Source: Thermoplasmata archaeon (GTDB lineage: Archaea > Thermoplasmatota > Thermoplasmata > GCA-020350865). From it: 64,000 nt of DNA. The notes beneath the pieces are model-generated. The model was not told the DNA's origin. It was given only the letters and a program-made list of their open reading frames with translations, and ran no database searches. Positions within the stretch are counted from its first letter, which is position 1. The number at the start of each line of letters is the position of its first letter. The position numbers were made by a program, and so were the translations under genes. Positions 10,362-18,543 of this stretch are shown one piece after another. The DNA lies in assembly GCA_020348445.1 (NCBI GenBank), contig CP070751.1:125906-189905 (forward strand), written 5' to 3'.

Positions 10362-11279
10362 ATGGCAATTTGTCCTAACTGTAATGTTGAAGTACAAGGT
10401 AATTTTTGTCCGCTCTGCGGTATGAGTGTCCCCCAGGGTCCACAACCGCCTGCACAAGCCCCTGGCCAACCGCCTGCTCAGGCGCCCATGCCGGCTCCTG
10501 CACCTGCACCGTATGGACCACCACCACCAACAGCACCAGCTGGGCCAATGCCGGTAAAAGCTGTGGCGGCCTTGGTTTTAGGCATCATAGTGGTGATAAT
10601 ACTTCTTATTGCTGGAGCAATGCCATGGTTTTCTGCAAATATAAAGAATGGTGATGAGACCCAAGTTGATTTTACGTTTAAAGAGGCAATAGCTGACACT
10701 GACGGTACCGAGGACGAGAAGGATCTGGATGACATGGAAGGTGATGTTGACGATGTTGCAGGAACCACAAGTCTCCTACTCTTAGTAGGTGTCATGATGA
10801 TCTTTATTGTTATCATATTGGTGGGCCTTATTGTCGGGATGTTTTACATGAGAATGCACAAGTTCCACAAGTTATTTGGTAATTTAGCCCTCCTATTCTG
10901 TTTCCTGGCCCTGATATTCACCCTTATTGCTCCAATCTATTATATGGCTGCCTGGCCAGATGAAGTAGATAAAGCTGCTGAGGGAGAAGGATGGCCATTT
11001 AAAATCGATTCTTTTATAGGCTCGGATTCAACTGGTGGGTATAAAGCTGAATGGGGCCCCGGAGTGGGATGGATCTTGGCCATAGTCGGTTTTGTATTGA
11101 TACTGGTTACCCTTATTATTGTAAAACTTGGTAACGATGAGGTACAGAAATTGGCTCCATATGCACCACCTATACCCCAACAGCCGTACATGCCACCACC
11201 ACAGTATCCACAACAGCCCCCACAATATCCTCAGCAACCTCCACAATATCCCCAGCAACCCCCACAATATCCACAGTAA
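10362..11279 (+). CDS. Zinc-ribbon four-pass membrane protein with Pro/Gln-rich segments (array member 2)
   Basis: MAICPNC...CPLCG, four TM helices collinear with member 1 (LALLF..LA.IF.LIAPIYYM; WGPGVGWIL), PQYPQQP repeat tail. Confidence 0.82.
   Translation: MAICPNCNVEVQGNFCPLCGMSVPQGPQPPAQAPGQPPAQAPMPAPAPAPYGPPPPTAPAGPMPVKAVAALVLGIIVVIILLIAGAMPWFSANIKNGDETQVDFTFKEAIADTDGTEDEKDLDDMEGDVDDVAGTTSLLLLVGVMMIFIVIILVGLIVGMFYMRMHKFHKLFGNLALLFCFLALIFTLIAPIYYMAAWPDEVDKAAEGEGWPFKIDSFIGSDSTGGYKAEWGPGVGWILAIVGFVLILVTLIIVKLGNDEVQKLAPYAPPIPQQPYMPPPQYPQQPPQYPQQPPQYPQQPPQYPQ
11199..11276 (+). repeat. 21-nt coding tandem repeat (PQYPQQP, about 3.7 copies)
   Basis: CCACA(G/A)TATCCNCA(A/G)CA(G/A)CCY units at the 3' end of the ORF. 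Confidence 0.9.
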
Positions 11280-11480
11280 CTCCGATAATAAAGATGTGGC
11301 AAAATATGCAGTGGTCCGTCATTTGAGGACCATGTTGGATTCTACCAACTAATGACCAGAACGAAGTAAGCCAATAGATATCTGTTCAATATATTAAAGT
11401 ATTTAAGATGGGATAATATAAGATAACAAAGTCTTATATTGAATCACATAATGAAGTCGATTAAAGGAAAGGTGAGAAAA

Positions 11481-12596
11481 ATGGCGTTTTGTCAAAATTG
11501 CGGAAGTGTTGTAATGGGTGAATCTTGCCCGAATTGCGGCCAAGCAGTTGCTCAAACACCAAATCAACCACCAGCTCAACCTGCACAGCCACAAAAGCAG
11601 AACAGCAAAAAAATAGGTGTGATCATCGCAATAATCATTGTGATTGTTGTGATTCTGGCGGCCATGATCTTCGTTTTTTCAGATTCCAAGGACTCAGATA
11701 ACGGAGTCTTTACAGAGAGCCTAACAATAGAGATGAACGATACAGAGCATATGAAACTGGAGTATAAGATAGAAGGGGCTGGTAATAAAACAAAAGAAAT
11801 ACGGGATACAATCGATGATGATGAATACGGTGAAGAAGATGGAGAGGTCACATCAGATGAAGTCGAGAAAGTTGTAGAGGTATTTGAAGATCTAAAGGGA
11901 GTAACTTCATATGGCTATACGATAGATGATGAATTAGGGGAATATATTGAATTCAACGTATCATTAAAGGGTGCTGAAGGGAAAGTTGATAGTGAAAAAC
12001 CAATTACATTTACATTGACTATAGAAATCGAGTGGGATTTATCAGATAAAGACCAGGACTATTACAGGCTTGAAATACTGAGATTTCTACCTTTTGTTGG
12101 GGATTTAACATTTACATGTCCGTCAGGATATGAGGTATATGAAGTCTATGGATTGAAGGACGACATAACATCAGGCCAGACCACTATCACGGGTACCATG
12201 GAAGAGGATGCAGAATATATTAACATAATGATAAAGAAAACAGGCGTCGTAATTGGCGACGAGGAAGCAGAACCTAATGATAGTATAAGTAATGCAAATC
12301 CAATTTCCAGTGGCGTTGATATGTCAGGCAGTTTAGAAGAGGGTACCGACGAAGATGATTGGTATTATATTTACTTTGAATACGATGATACAGTAGAAAT
12401 CGATTTATCGGGACCAAGTGGCACAGATTTTGATATATTTTTATATGATTCGCTCAGTGCAGAAAAGAGTTCCAGTTCAGAATCTGGTAGCCAAGAAAAT
12501 ATCATTTATGTTGTGACTTCGTCTGAATATTATTACGTAAATGTCAAATCCGCAAGTGGAAGCGGCAGTTATACATTAAGCGTGGATATTACTTGA
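11481..12596 (+). CDS. Zinc-ribbon single-pass membrane protein with acidic extracellular domain and C-terminal PPC-like domain (array member 3)
   Basis: MAFCQNCGS..CPNCGQAV, one TM helix, YGEEDGEVTSDEV loop, EPNDSISNANPI...DEDDWY...DFDIFLYD...GSGSYTLSV (pre-peptidase C-terminal pattern). AAGGTGA SD before ATG 11481. Confidence 0.85.
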   Translation: MAFCQNCGSVVMGESCPNCGQAVAQTPNQPPAQPAQPQKQNSKKIGVIIAIIIVIVVILAAMIFVFSDSKDSDNGVFTESLTIEMNDTEHMKLEYKIEGAGNKTKEIRDTIDDDEYGEEDGEVTSDEVEKVVEVFEDLKGVTSYGYTIDDELGEYIEFNVSLKGAEGKVDSEKPITFTLTIEIEWDLSDKDQDYYRLEILRFLPFVGDLTFTCPSGYEVYEVYGLKDDITSGQTTITGTMEEDAEYINIMIKKTGVVIGDEEAEPNDSISNANPISSGVDMSGSLEEGTDEDDWYYIYFEYDDTVEIDLSGPSGTDFDIFLYDSLSAEKSSSSESGSQENIIYVVTSSEYYYVNVKSASGSGSYTLSVDIT

Positions 12597-12729
12597 ATAT
12601 TTTATACATTAAAAAGCCAGGTAATAACAAAGTTACCTGGTTCTAGGTTCTTTAAATCTCATTATAGAGGGCAAGCTATTTATATCTCAAATAACTTATA
12701 GATAATAACTTTGAGGGAAGGTGATAAAT

Positions 12730-13572
12730 ATGGCATTTTGTCAAAATTGCGGAAGCCCAGTTGTTGGGCAGTTTTGCCAGAATTGTGGTCAAGCAGTGGC
12801 TCAGACTCAAGCTCCACCTCAGCCACCACCCCAGCCTGCGCCTGGTCAAGTGGCACCTGGCCCACCTACGCCAGGCCCACCAGCGCCCGCTCCACCACCA
12901 AAGGGAGGTTTTGGAAATATGGGCATAATTATCGCTATAATAGTGGTGGTTGTTATAATCTTAGCTGCTTTGCTCTTAGTTTTTATGGGCTCTCAGAATG
13001 ATGGTAATGGAGGTGTCTCGAAGGGGCTAACAGTAGAAATGACTGATACCGATGAAATGGAATTGCATTATAAATGGGAAGAAACAGGTAATGATGCAGA
13101 AGAGATGCGAGAAGATATCGATGATGATGCATTTGGTGATGAGGATGGAAGGGTCACTTCAGAGGAAGTCGAGAATCTTGAAGAGGTGTTTGAAAACTGG
13201 GAAGGGGAATACTCGGTCATATATTTAAGTGGGAAAAAATATTTTGAATTTGGAATAGATGGATGGCGCGGAGAATTTACTGAGATTTCCGTGTCAATAA
13301 CGGGTGCTGAAGGTGATGTTGATAGCGACAGACCTATCACCATTACTATTTCTTTTAAGGTCAAATGGGATTCGTTAGATATCAATAAAGACGAATATGA
13401 ACTTTATTTATACTCACGTGGTGGAGATGGTGAGGATTTTTCTTTTACCTGTCCGTCAGGGTATGAGGTGTCTGATGCTGATGGATTGGAAGACAATATC
13501 AAATCCGGTGAGACTAGGATAAGGAGCACTATGGATGATGATACTGTTCAGATAACCATAAGCAAGAAATGA
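12730..13572 (+). CDS. Zinc-ribbon single-pass membrane protein with acidic extracellular domain (array member 4, truncated by a premature stop)
   Basis: MAFCQNCGS..CQNCGQAV, Pro-rich linker, TM helix, FGDEDGRVTSEEV loop. Homology to the paralogs continues past the TGA. Confidence 0.85.
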   Translation: MAFCQNCGSPVVGQFCQNCGQAVAQTQAPPQPPPQPAPGQVAPGPPTPGPPAPAPPPKGGFGNMGIIIAIIVVVVIILAALLLVFMGSQNDGNGGVSKGLTVEMTDTDEMELHYKWEETGNDAEEMREDIDDDAFGDEDGRVTSEEVENLEEVFENWEGEYSVIYLSGKKYFEFGIDGWRGEFTEISVSITGAEGDVDSDRPITITISFKVKWDSLDINKDEYELYLYSRGGDGEDFSFTCPSGYEVSDADGLEDNIKSGETRIRSTMDDDTVQITISKK

Positions 13573-13736
13573 TCCAAGATTAGTGCTGGGGACGAAGAAC
13601 CTAATAATAGTATAAGCCAGGCAATGAAATTACCGATAAAGATACAATATCAAGCACCATTGAAAATGATACCGGCCAAGATGACAGGCTTTGGACTCCC
13701 CAAAGACCAAATGCGGCCCATATATTTTACGGTTGA
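13573..13736 (+). pseudogene. Decayed 3' remnant of a PPC-like domain belonging to array member 4
   Basis: In frame after TGA 13570-13572 the sequence reads SKISAGDEEPNNSISQA. With one base restored it continues NEITDKDTISSTIENDTGQDD. This matches member 3 GVVIGDEEAEPNDSISNANPISSGVDMSGSLEEGTDEDD and member 5 KKGSDAGSADSEPN. Confidence 0.75.
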
Positions 13737-13841
13737 GTTATCCCGATAAAGGAGATGATATCTTAAGATATTCATATCTATGACGACAGTTTTTTATATA
13801 ACTATAGCATATCCAGATATACATTGAGGGATGGTGAAAAA

Positions 13842-15554
13842 ATGGCGTTTTGTCAAAATTGCGGAAGCCCTGTAAGCGGGGATGTATGCCAAAATTGTGG
13901 TCAAGCAGTAACTCCGGTGGAGGCTCTAACTCAGCAAGAGGCACAATCTATGCCCGGCCAAGAGCCTAAGGGAAGTGGTGGTAAAATCGCTGCCATTGTC
14001 GCTTTGGTGGTCATTATAATAGTGATATTGGCGGCAATGTTGTTCATGTTCCCTGCCTCCAAGGATTCGAATGGAGGGCCGGAAGAAAATTATGCTGTCA
14101 CGATGACAGATGTAAAAACAATGGAAGTGCATATTAGTGGAGAATTTACCGACGACACCGCAGAAGTTGTGCGGGAGGTTATCGATGAAAAATTTGGTGA
14201 TGAAGATGATAGGGTCACTTCTGATGAGATTAGGGATTTTGAAGAGGAATATGGAGACATGGAGGATGAACACTCCAAGGGATTTACCATGAATTCAGAT
14301 GAAGGGAAATATTCCGAAGTTTCAATAATATTAAGGGGTGCTCAGGGGGATACAAATAGCGAAAACACGATTCCATTCACCATAACCGCGACAATTGAAT
14401 GGAAATCATTAGAAACTGACAAGGATTTCTATTTTATTATGCTGCCATTGTATTCCATCTTTGAGAATAATATGTTTAAATACGATAATATCGAGAAATT
14501 CAAATTCACAGCCCCCTCAGGATATGATGTACACGATATCGATGGTTTGAAGGAGGATATTCAAAGCGGCCAGACTCCTGTAACTGGCACCGTGGATGAT
14601 GACTTTGAATATATATATATATCCCTATCTAAAAAAGACAGTAGTGTTAAACCAGGGGACATTACAGTCGATATGACTGGTACAGATATGATAAAGCTAT
14701 ACGTCAAAGGAGAAGAGACAGGTGATGATGCGGAAGCTGGGCGCGAGGAGATCGACAATTATTATGGTAATGGAGATGACACAGTTACTCCTGAAGAAGT
14801 GGAGAATTATATAGAATATACCGAGGAAAGACGTGTAAGTTCATATTATGATGCTTCAAGCGGTTATGAGATTGATTTCAACACAGGGGAATATTCTGAA
14901 TACAGTCTTTCATTTTTTGGTGCGGAGGGGGATGTAAAAAGCTCCCGCCCCATCGCTTATGCTATAGCTGCAACTATCGAATGGGATTCGATAAATACCA
15001 CTAAAGATTTCTATATCATAGGAATCTCGGCATCTGATCAAGGTGGAGAGCAATTTACTTATATTTCTCCATCTGGATATGAGATAGTTCGTGTTGACAA
15101 ATTAGTTGAGGATGTTGCTTCCGGTGCAACATCTGCCTCAGGAACCATAGAAGATGATGCTGTTAATGTTTATGTCACCATAGTTAAGAAAGGCAGCGAT
15201 GCCGGTTCTGCTGATAGCGAGCCCAACGGTGGAACTGACACTGCAAATTCCGTATCCAGTGGAGATGAAATATGTGGTGGCCTAGAGGAGGATAACGACG
15301 ATGATGATTATTATAAGATCGATTTGAACCACTATGATTATTTAACCGTCTATTTAAATGGACCCGATGAAGCTAACTTTGATTTGAGATTGTACAGACC
15401 GAATGGTGACGAAGTGAGATCAAGTACAGGTAGTGGAAGTTCTGAAACTGTTTGGGATTATATCTCTTCTTCAGAGCCGGAAGGGAATTATTTCATAAGG
15501 GTGGAATGCTATGAAGGAAGTGGCCCTTATACTTTAGAGATAATTGTATCTTAA
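13842..15554 (+). CDS. Zinc-ribbon single-pass membrane protein with two acidic extracellular domains and a PPC-like domain (array member 5)
   Basis: MAFCQNCGS..CQNCGQAV, TM helix, two copies of the repeat domain (FGDEDDRVTSDEI; YGNGDDTVTPEEV), EPNGGTDTANSV...DDDDYY...NFDLRLY...GSGPYTLEI. Confidence 0.87.
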   Translation: MAFCQNCGSPVSGDVCQNCGQAVTPVEALTQQEAQSMPGQEPKGSGGKIAAIVALVVIIIVILAAMLFMFPASKDSNGGPEENYAVTMTDVKTMEVHISGEFTDDTAEVVREVIDEKFGDEDDRVTSDEIRDFEEEYGDMEDEHSKGFTMNSDEGKYSEVSIILRGAQGDTNSENTIPFTITATIEWKSLETDKDFYFIMLPLYSIFENNMFKYDNIEKFKFTAPSGYDVHDIDGLKEDIQSGQTPVTGTVDDDFEYIYISLSKKDSSVKPGDITVDMTGTDMIKLYVKGEETGDDAEAGREEIDNYYGNGDDTVTPEEVENYIEYTEERRVSSYYDASSGYEIDFNTGEYSEYSLSFFGAEGDVKSSRPIAYAIAATIEWDSINTTKDFYIIGISASDQGGEQFTYISPSGYEIVRVDKLVEDVASGATSASGTIEDDAVNVYVTIVKKGSDAGSADSEPNGGTDTANSVSSGDEICGGLEEDNDDDDYYKIDLNHYDYLTVYLNGPDEANFDLRLYRPNGDEVRSSTGSGSSETVWDYISSSEPEGNYFIRVECYEGSGPYTLEIIVS

Positions 15555-15651
15555 ATGGTGATTCTTTTCTCTTGAGGAGAACGAGTATAGACAGATAGAT
15601 ATTTATATCTGTATCTCGTAATCAAACTGATTTTGAGGGAAGGTGAGAGAT

Positions 15652-16761
15652 ATGGTTTTCTGTCAAAATTGCGGAAGTCCTGTGGTAGGTGAAATTTGTC
15701 CGAATTGTGGCCAAGCAGTTGCCCAAATTCCAGAACAACAACAAGCTCAGCCTATGCCCGGTCAGCCACCAAAGAGCAATACCGTAAAAATAGTAATGAT
15801 CATTGTTGTGGTTGTTGCGGTGATTGTGATTTTAGCGGTTTTGTTTTTATTTTTACCGGGCTCGAAGGACTCCAAGGAGTCCGATGGTGATAAACCTGAA
15901 GGATATGTATTTGAAATGACAGATACAGATACTATGGAAGTTGATGCAAAAGGAGAGGTTAAAGGTAATAAAGCAAAGGAGTTCAGAGAAGTGATTGATG
16001 AAGTGTATGGTGATGATGATGGTGAGGTAAGTTCCAGTGAGGTAAACAATTATGAAAAGGAGATTAAAGACCTGTTAATTGGAAGACATTCTAGCCATGA
16101 AATAAATGACTATACAGGAAAATATACGCACTATAACGAAAAAATAACTGGTGCGGAAGGGAATATCGATAGCGATGATCCCATACAAGGGGAATTCACG
16201 GCAACTATCTTCTGGTCATACATAGATACCGATGAATATTCCTACGATATAGAACTATACGTATCATCAAATTTGACCGATGATTTCAAATTCATATCTC
16301 CACCAGGTTATGAAATAGATTATATTGATGGATTGGATGATGAAGAATATAGTGATGGTAGCACTATTGTAGAAGGTAAATTAAGTAAGGAAGTCATACA
16401 AATAACCATTGTTAAGATCGGGGAATCAAATTCCACACCTAGGGGCAGCTTGACCGCTTCAATAGACCCAACCGTCGCAAACAGATACAAGCTGAGTTTC
16501 GAGGGAAAGGTAAATAATGCCGAAATCACTATTTCCCTCTACGATGAAAGCCAAGGTGCAACAGTGATTATGGATACACCAGAGGATGGAGATAGTGTTT
16601 CGATATCAGGCGGGGCTTATCTAAACTACACAGACGTTTCTGTCCAAGGATTTCTGGACTCCAGTGACACGTTGATACTTGAGGGTGGCGGGACAGGCGA
16701 TATAATCAGGATCACTTATAATGCCACTGGTGAGACCGTTGCCGTAGTAACAATAGAGTAA
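15652..16761 (+). CDS. Zinc-ribbon single-pass membrane protein with acidic extracellular domain and a different C-terminal beta-domain (array member 6)
   Basis: MVFCQNCGS..CPNCGQAV, TM helix, YGDDDGEVSSSEV loop. The C-terminal domain (STPRGSLT...YTD...LDSSDTL...YNATGETVAVV) is unlike PPC. Confidence 0.85.
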   Translation: MVFCQNCGSPVVGEICPNCGQAVAQIPEQQQAQPMPGQPPKSNTVKIVMIIVVVVAVIVILAVLFLFLPGSKDSKESDGDKPEGYVFEMTDTDTMEVDAKGEVKGNKAKEFREVIDEVYGDDDGEVSSSEVNNYEKEIKDLLIGRHSSHEINDYTGKYTHYNEKITGAEGNIDSDDPIQGEFTATIFWSYIDTDEYSYDIELYVSSNLTDDFKFISPPGYEIDYIDGLDDEEYSDGSTIVEGKLSKEVIQITIVKIGESNSTPRGSLTASIDPTVANRYKLSFEGKVNNAEITISLYDESQGATVIMDTPEDGDSVSISGGAYLNYTDVSVQGFLDSSDTLILEGGGTGDIIRITYNATGETVAVVTIE

Positions 16762-16855
16762 GGGATTTTTTCCATAGTTTTTTATATTTTCCAGCCTCCC
16801 CCACAAAACTTATATGTATCCAAACCACAATATCAAATAAACTGGAGAAGAAATA

Positions 16856-17758
16856 ATGAGAAAGATAAAAAGTGGTGTTGTGGGATTGGATTCTCTGGTG
16901 GACGGGGGCATCAACGAGAACTCCACAACCGTGGTCATTGGCACCTCTGGCGCCGGGAAAACCACATTTGCCACCCAGTTTCTAAGAAGGGGCTTGGAAA
17001 GGGGAAACGACGCTCTCTTCGTGAGCCTGGACGAGAACCAGGAACAGATCATCAAAGAGGCCGTGGAAATGGGATGGCCAGACATCTATGGCTATCTTGA
17101 GGATGGCTCCTTGGTGTTCATCGATGCAAGTGGAAAGAAATTCTCAAAGTTCATAAGACACGAGCTGCCGACATTCGTGGATGAATGGAAGGGCTCTGAA
17201 TCTAGAATAGCTGTAGATCCCCTTACACCTGTTATTTGGTCTACAGAAGGAAGGTACGAACAGCGCGAACTTCTAATGCTGCTTTTAAAAGAGACAAAAA
17301 AAATCGGCACTGTTGTATGTACCTTGGAGGAGCACGGGACAAGAGGGGATCTTTCAGGGAACGAGATCGTCATCCCGATGTATCTGGCGGATACCGTAGT
17401 TCATCTCAAATACACTCGGAAGGAAGGCGCCATTTCCAGAATTCTAGAGATCGTGAAATGCAGAAACTCAAGGCACAGCAAACTGTCCCATCCCTATACC
17501 ATAGCAAAAGGATTTGGGTTGCTGGTGCAGGGAAGAACCAGCCCTGAAACCAAAACAAACAAGGCTCCAGAGGAGTTAAAAAGAAAGTTGAAGAATTACG
17601 AGAAATCTTTCTCGAAAAGGGTATGGGATAACATTTTAACGTCTTTGGACAATCTTAATGACTCGGATTTTGCAGATGTGGATCTCGACCAACTGATAAA
17701 CGACCTTGTCATGACATACAGTGAGGAAAAGGATCTGGATGCCAAGAAGAATGGTTGA
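16856..17758 (+). CDS. KaiC/RAD55-like single-domain RecA-superfamily ATPase
   Basis: KIKSGVVGLDSLVDGGI, Walker A GTSGAGKTT, FVSLDE, RIAVDPL (Walker B), YLADTVVHL, RILEIVKCRNSRH. Confidence 0.9.
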   Translation: MRKIKSGVVGLDSLVDGGINENSTTVVIGTSGAGKTTFATQFLRRGLERGNDALFVSLDENQEQIIKEAVEMGWPDIYGYLEDGSLVFIDASGKKFSKFIRHELPTFVDEWKGSESRIAVDPLTPVIWSTEGRYEQRELLMLLLKETKKIGTVVCTLEEHGTRGDLSGNEIVIPMYLADTVVHLKYTRKEGAISRILEIVKCRNSRHSKLSHPYTIAKGFGLLVQGRTSPETKTNKAPEELKRKLKNYEKSFSKRVWDNILTSLDNLNDSDFADVDLDQLINDLVMTYSEEKDLDAKKNG

Positions 17759-18461
17759 TGCCTTTAAAAAGGAGATCGAGGAGGATAAAGAGGCCCCGAA
17801 AGGCCCTGCCGAACCTATAAAAGAAACTCTGACAATGAATCCAAGAAGGCAGGAGATTCTGCAATACCTGTGTAGATATCCATGTTCCCGGCTTTCCAAG
17901 ATAGCCAAGGACCTGGAATTGAGCAACGCAGCAACAAAATGGCATCTCGAAAGACTCTCTGAAAAGGATTTTATCACAAAGGAAGTTGTGAATAAAGATA
18001 CAGTATTTTATCCAACGAACTTGATAGATCAAAGAGATGTGGTGACCTTTTCTGCCATGAATCATGAACGTGCAATTCCTATCCTGCGAAGAATTATTTC
18101 CAACTCAGGTATCACACAAAAGGTTCTTCTGGAAGATGTACAGTTGAACCAGAGGACGGTGGTTCGGCATGCATCTGAATTGGAGAAAGTGGGTTTGATA
18201 GAGATCATTCAGGATGGTAAATTCAGAAGGTATTACCCCACCGAACTCATCGATATGATGGAGATAGATTATAGAAAACGGGTAAAGAAGTTCAGAAAGC
18301 AAATACTCAAAATGTTGAAGAATGATGGAGTCAATCCAAAGGTGGTAAGAGCCACGGATTCTGCCCTGCACGTGAAAATCACATCAGGTGAGAAAACAAA
18401 TGTTTTGGAGCTGGGCACCCAGCCTTTTACTTCTGTTTTGGAGACATATAAGGGGCTATAG
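17739..18461 (+). CDS. Double winged-helix transcriptional regulator (ArsR/MarR-like)
   Basis: Two wHTH units (RRQEILQYLCRYPCSRLSKIAKDLELSNAATKWHLERL; ILRRIISNSGITQKVL...VVRHASELEKVGLI). Overlaps the ATPase stop. The start is uncertain (17739 or 17751). Confidence 0.82.
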   Translation: MPRRMVDAFKKEIEEDKEAPKGPAEPIKETLTMNPRRQEILQYLCRYPCSRLSKIAKDLELSNAATKWHLERLSEKDFITKEVVNKDTVFYPTNLIDQRDVVTFSAMNHERAIPILRRIISNSGITQKVLLEDVQLNQRTVVRHASELEKVGLIEIIQDGKFRRYYPTELIDMMEIDYRKRVKKFRKQILKMLKNDGVNPKVVRATDSALHVKITSGEKTNVLELGTQPFTSVLETYKGL

Positions 18462-18543
18462 ATGGTTTGAAAGGGGAAAATCATCCAGATTCTTCACCAA
18501 AAACTAAAAATATCCAGACCCTTATTTATATTAAGGTGATTCA

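Noticed and set aside
13570-13572. Selenocysteine or programmed readthrough at the in-frame TGA
   Set aside because: The aligned residue in the paralog is Gly, not Cys. A frameshift follows within about 17 codons and homology then decays, which fits pseudogenisation.
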